Assembly (NCBI RefSeq): GCF_004010195.1
Contig: NC_057752.1
Location: 4,174,966-4,226,021, forward strand
DNA length: 51,056 bases
Direction of reading: 5' to 3'
DNA from: Chiloscyllium plagiosum
Lineage: Eukaryota
The position numbers were made by a program, and so were the translations under genes. Shown piece after piece: positions 49,048-51,056 of this stretch. The stretch's first letter is position 1; each line of letters begins with the position of its first letter. The notes under the pieces are model-generated. The model was not told the DNA's origin, ran no database searches, and worked only from the letters and a program-made list of their open reading frames with translations.

Positions 49048-49280
49048 TTATGGCTCAGTCCATAGCACTCTCACTCTTCGGCCTTACACTAAGACTGAAA
49101 CAGGAAAACTCAAACCTCCAGTGGAGTAGTGAGAGAGTGCTGCATTGTTGAAGATGCTATATTTTGGATGAGATGTTAATATTTATCGCTGAACAAATAG
49201 CACAAACAGATTATCTGGTCATTGTCATGTTGCTGTTTGTGGAAGCTTGTTGGGTGCAAATTGGCTACTTTGTTTCAAAT
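49048..49280 (+). mobile_element. Deu-domain SINE fragment
   Basis: tggctcagt head; acagattatctggtcattgtcatgttgctgtttgtggaagcttg..gcaaattggct. Confidence 0.65.
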
Positions 49281-50199
49281 GCATGAAACATATTTGCAAA
49301 CTACAGCTCCATATTATTTGCAAGCATTTCTTTGCACAAGTGCAATGCACGCAGAGCGAACGTGTTTATCTATCAAATGTTGGTCAAAGGCAGATTCCAC
49401 CATACCACTGGTGCTAGCCAAGCGAGCATTACCATCTCAATAATGCAGAAGTTAGCAACAATAACTTAAAAGGAGAGGAATGCTGTGAAAAAGGGCCCCA
49501 TCATTTATGGAACGTCCAAGATTGCTGTGGGACGAGGGGAACGTCACTGCATCATAAGTCCTGTAAGTATGGAGAAAGGAATGTTTGAGATGGGTTTGGG
49601 ATGAGAAGGGGGTCCCTTTTGAATGAAATGTATAGGTCAATCAGCTGATATGAAACCTCCACCAAGGTGGTGCACATCCTGTGATCAGGGCCATGATGGA
49701 GCAGTCCGGCTCAGTACGGTCCAGAAGAGTGTGCTGCACCATCCTGGCTTTTAGGTTCTGCACAATTGGAGCAGGCAATGAGGCAGTGTGATAGTACTGA
49801 GGAGCTGGGTAATGGGAGCAGTCTTTCAAGCAGAAGGAGAGTGATATTGAGCTGTTTGAAGCTCTCCTTGTGACTGACAGGGCTCAGCTGCATCAGATGC
49901 GACAAAGCAGACCGGACACTCGGTTGTGATTGACATTCGGTTCCAGTAGATGAGAGTTCAGTGCAGAAAATCATTGTGGGTTGTTAAGGTTAAGATTCTG
50001 GCATTTGGTTTACATTGTGGGAGCAAGCTGCAGCCTATATTTGTTTGTTTTGTGGTCCCTTCTGCTGGCTGTTAATAAACATTCATGTTTGGGCTTGTCC
50101 AAATGCTTGCCTGCCTATGATGGCCCCTGACTGGGAAATGATAAGGTGTTGGCGACTACTGGCATTAGGGAAAGAGTAACAGGGACTCAGAGAGGGTCT

Positions 50200-51056
50200 T
50201 CAGATAGGATGATTTTGAGGACAGTTTTGACGGTATTAGGCAAGAACTTTCAAATGCTGATTGTGTGCAGCTGTTTGCAGGTAAAGGGACGGCTGGAAAA
50301 TGGGAAGCCTTCAGAAATGAGATAACGAGAGTCCAGAGAAAGTATATTCCTGTTAGGGAGAAAGGAAAGGCTGGTAGGTATAAGGAATGCTGGATGACTA
50401 AAGAAATTGAGGGATTGGTTAAGAAAAAGAAGGAAGCATATGTCAGGTGATCATGGGAGACTTCAATATGCAGGTGGACTGGGTAAATAATGTTGCCAAT
50501 GGATCCAAAGAAAGGGAATTCATGGAATGCTTACAGGATGGCTTTTTGGAACAGTTTGTCATGGACCCCACAAGGGAGCAGGCTATTCTGGACCTAGTGC
50601 TATGTAATGAACCAGACTTTATAAAAAATCTTAAAGTAAGGGAACACTTAGGAAGCAGCGATCATAATATGGTAGAGTTCAATCTGCAGTTTGAAAGAGA
50701 GAAGGATGTAATGGTGTTACAGTTAAATAAAGATAATTAGGGCACGAGAGAGGAACTGACGAAAATAGACTGAAAACAGAGCCTAGAGGGGAAGACAGTA
50801 GAGTAAAAATGGCAGGAGTTTGTGGGTAAAATTGAGGACACTGTACAGAGATTCATCCCCAAGAAGAGAAAGATTACCCAGGGAGGGATTAGACAGCCAT
50901 GGCTGACAAAAGAAGTCAGGAAATCTATCAAAGAAAAAGAGAGAGCCTATAAAGTGGCCAAGAGCACTGGGAAATCAGAAGATTGGGAAGGCTACAAAAA
51001 CAAACAGAGGATAACAAAGAGAGAAATAAGGAAGGAGAGGATAAAATATGAAGGTA
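50200..51056 (+). mobile_element. Two joined CR1 ORF2 fragments (post-APE linker, then APE C-terminus/linker of another copy)
   Basis: KWEAFRNEI..WMTKEIEGLVKKKKEAY switches at ~50447 to IMGDFNMQVDW..PTREQAILDLVL..SDHNMV. Confidence 0.9.

Overview
Repeat-dense eukaryotic genomic DNA. I infer a cartilaginous fish (shark) from the CR1 LINEs, HE1/V-SINEs and Deu-domain SINEs. No complete protein-coding gene is recognisable. Most ORFs in the track are decayed CR1, L2, Rex/Babar, Tx1, Gypsy or Penelope fragments, or artefacts of a 538-nt N gap. The most striking structure is about ten short Penelope-like (PLE) insertions from roughly four sequence families. Most carry minimal hammerhead-ribozyme motifs (CUGAnGA...GAAA with a palindromic stem III), many are fold-backs with both 3' termini facing outward, and they share 13-16 bp target-site duplications. 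Also present: a four-level nested TE stack (Gypsy > LINE > solo LTR > PLE), two intron-containing Myb/SANT (Harbinger-type) relics, a degenerate ~250-bp tandem array, a CpG-enriched promoter-like region with a candidate first coding exon (~44.9 kb, +), and a weak two-exon CaaX-ending candidate (~15 kb, -). Boundaries of decayed repeats are approximate, and family names come from motif recognition, not database searches.
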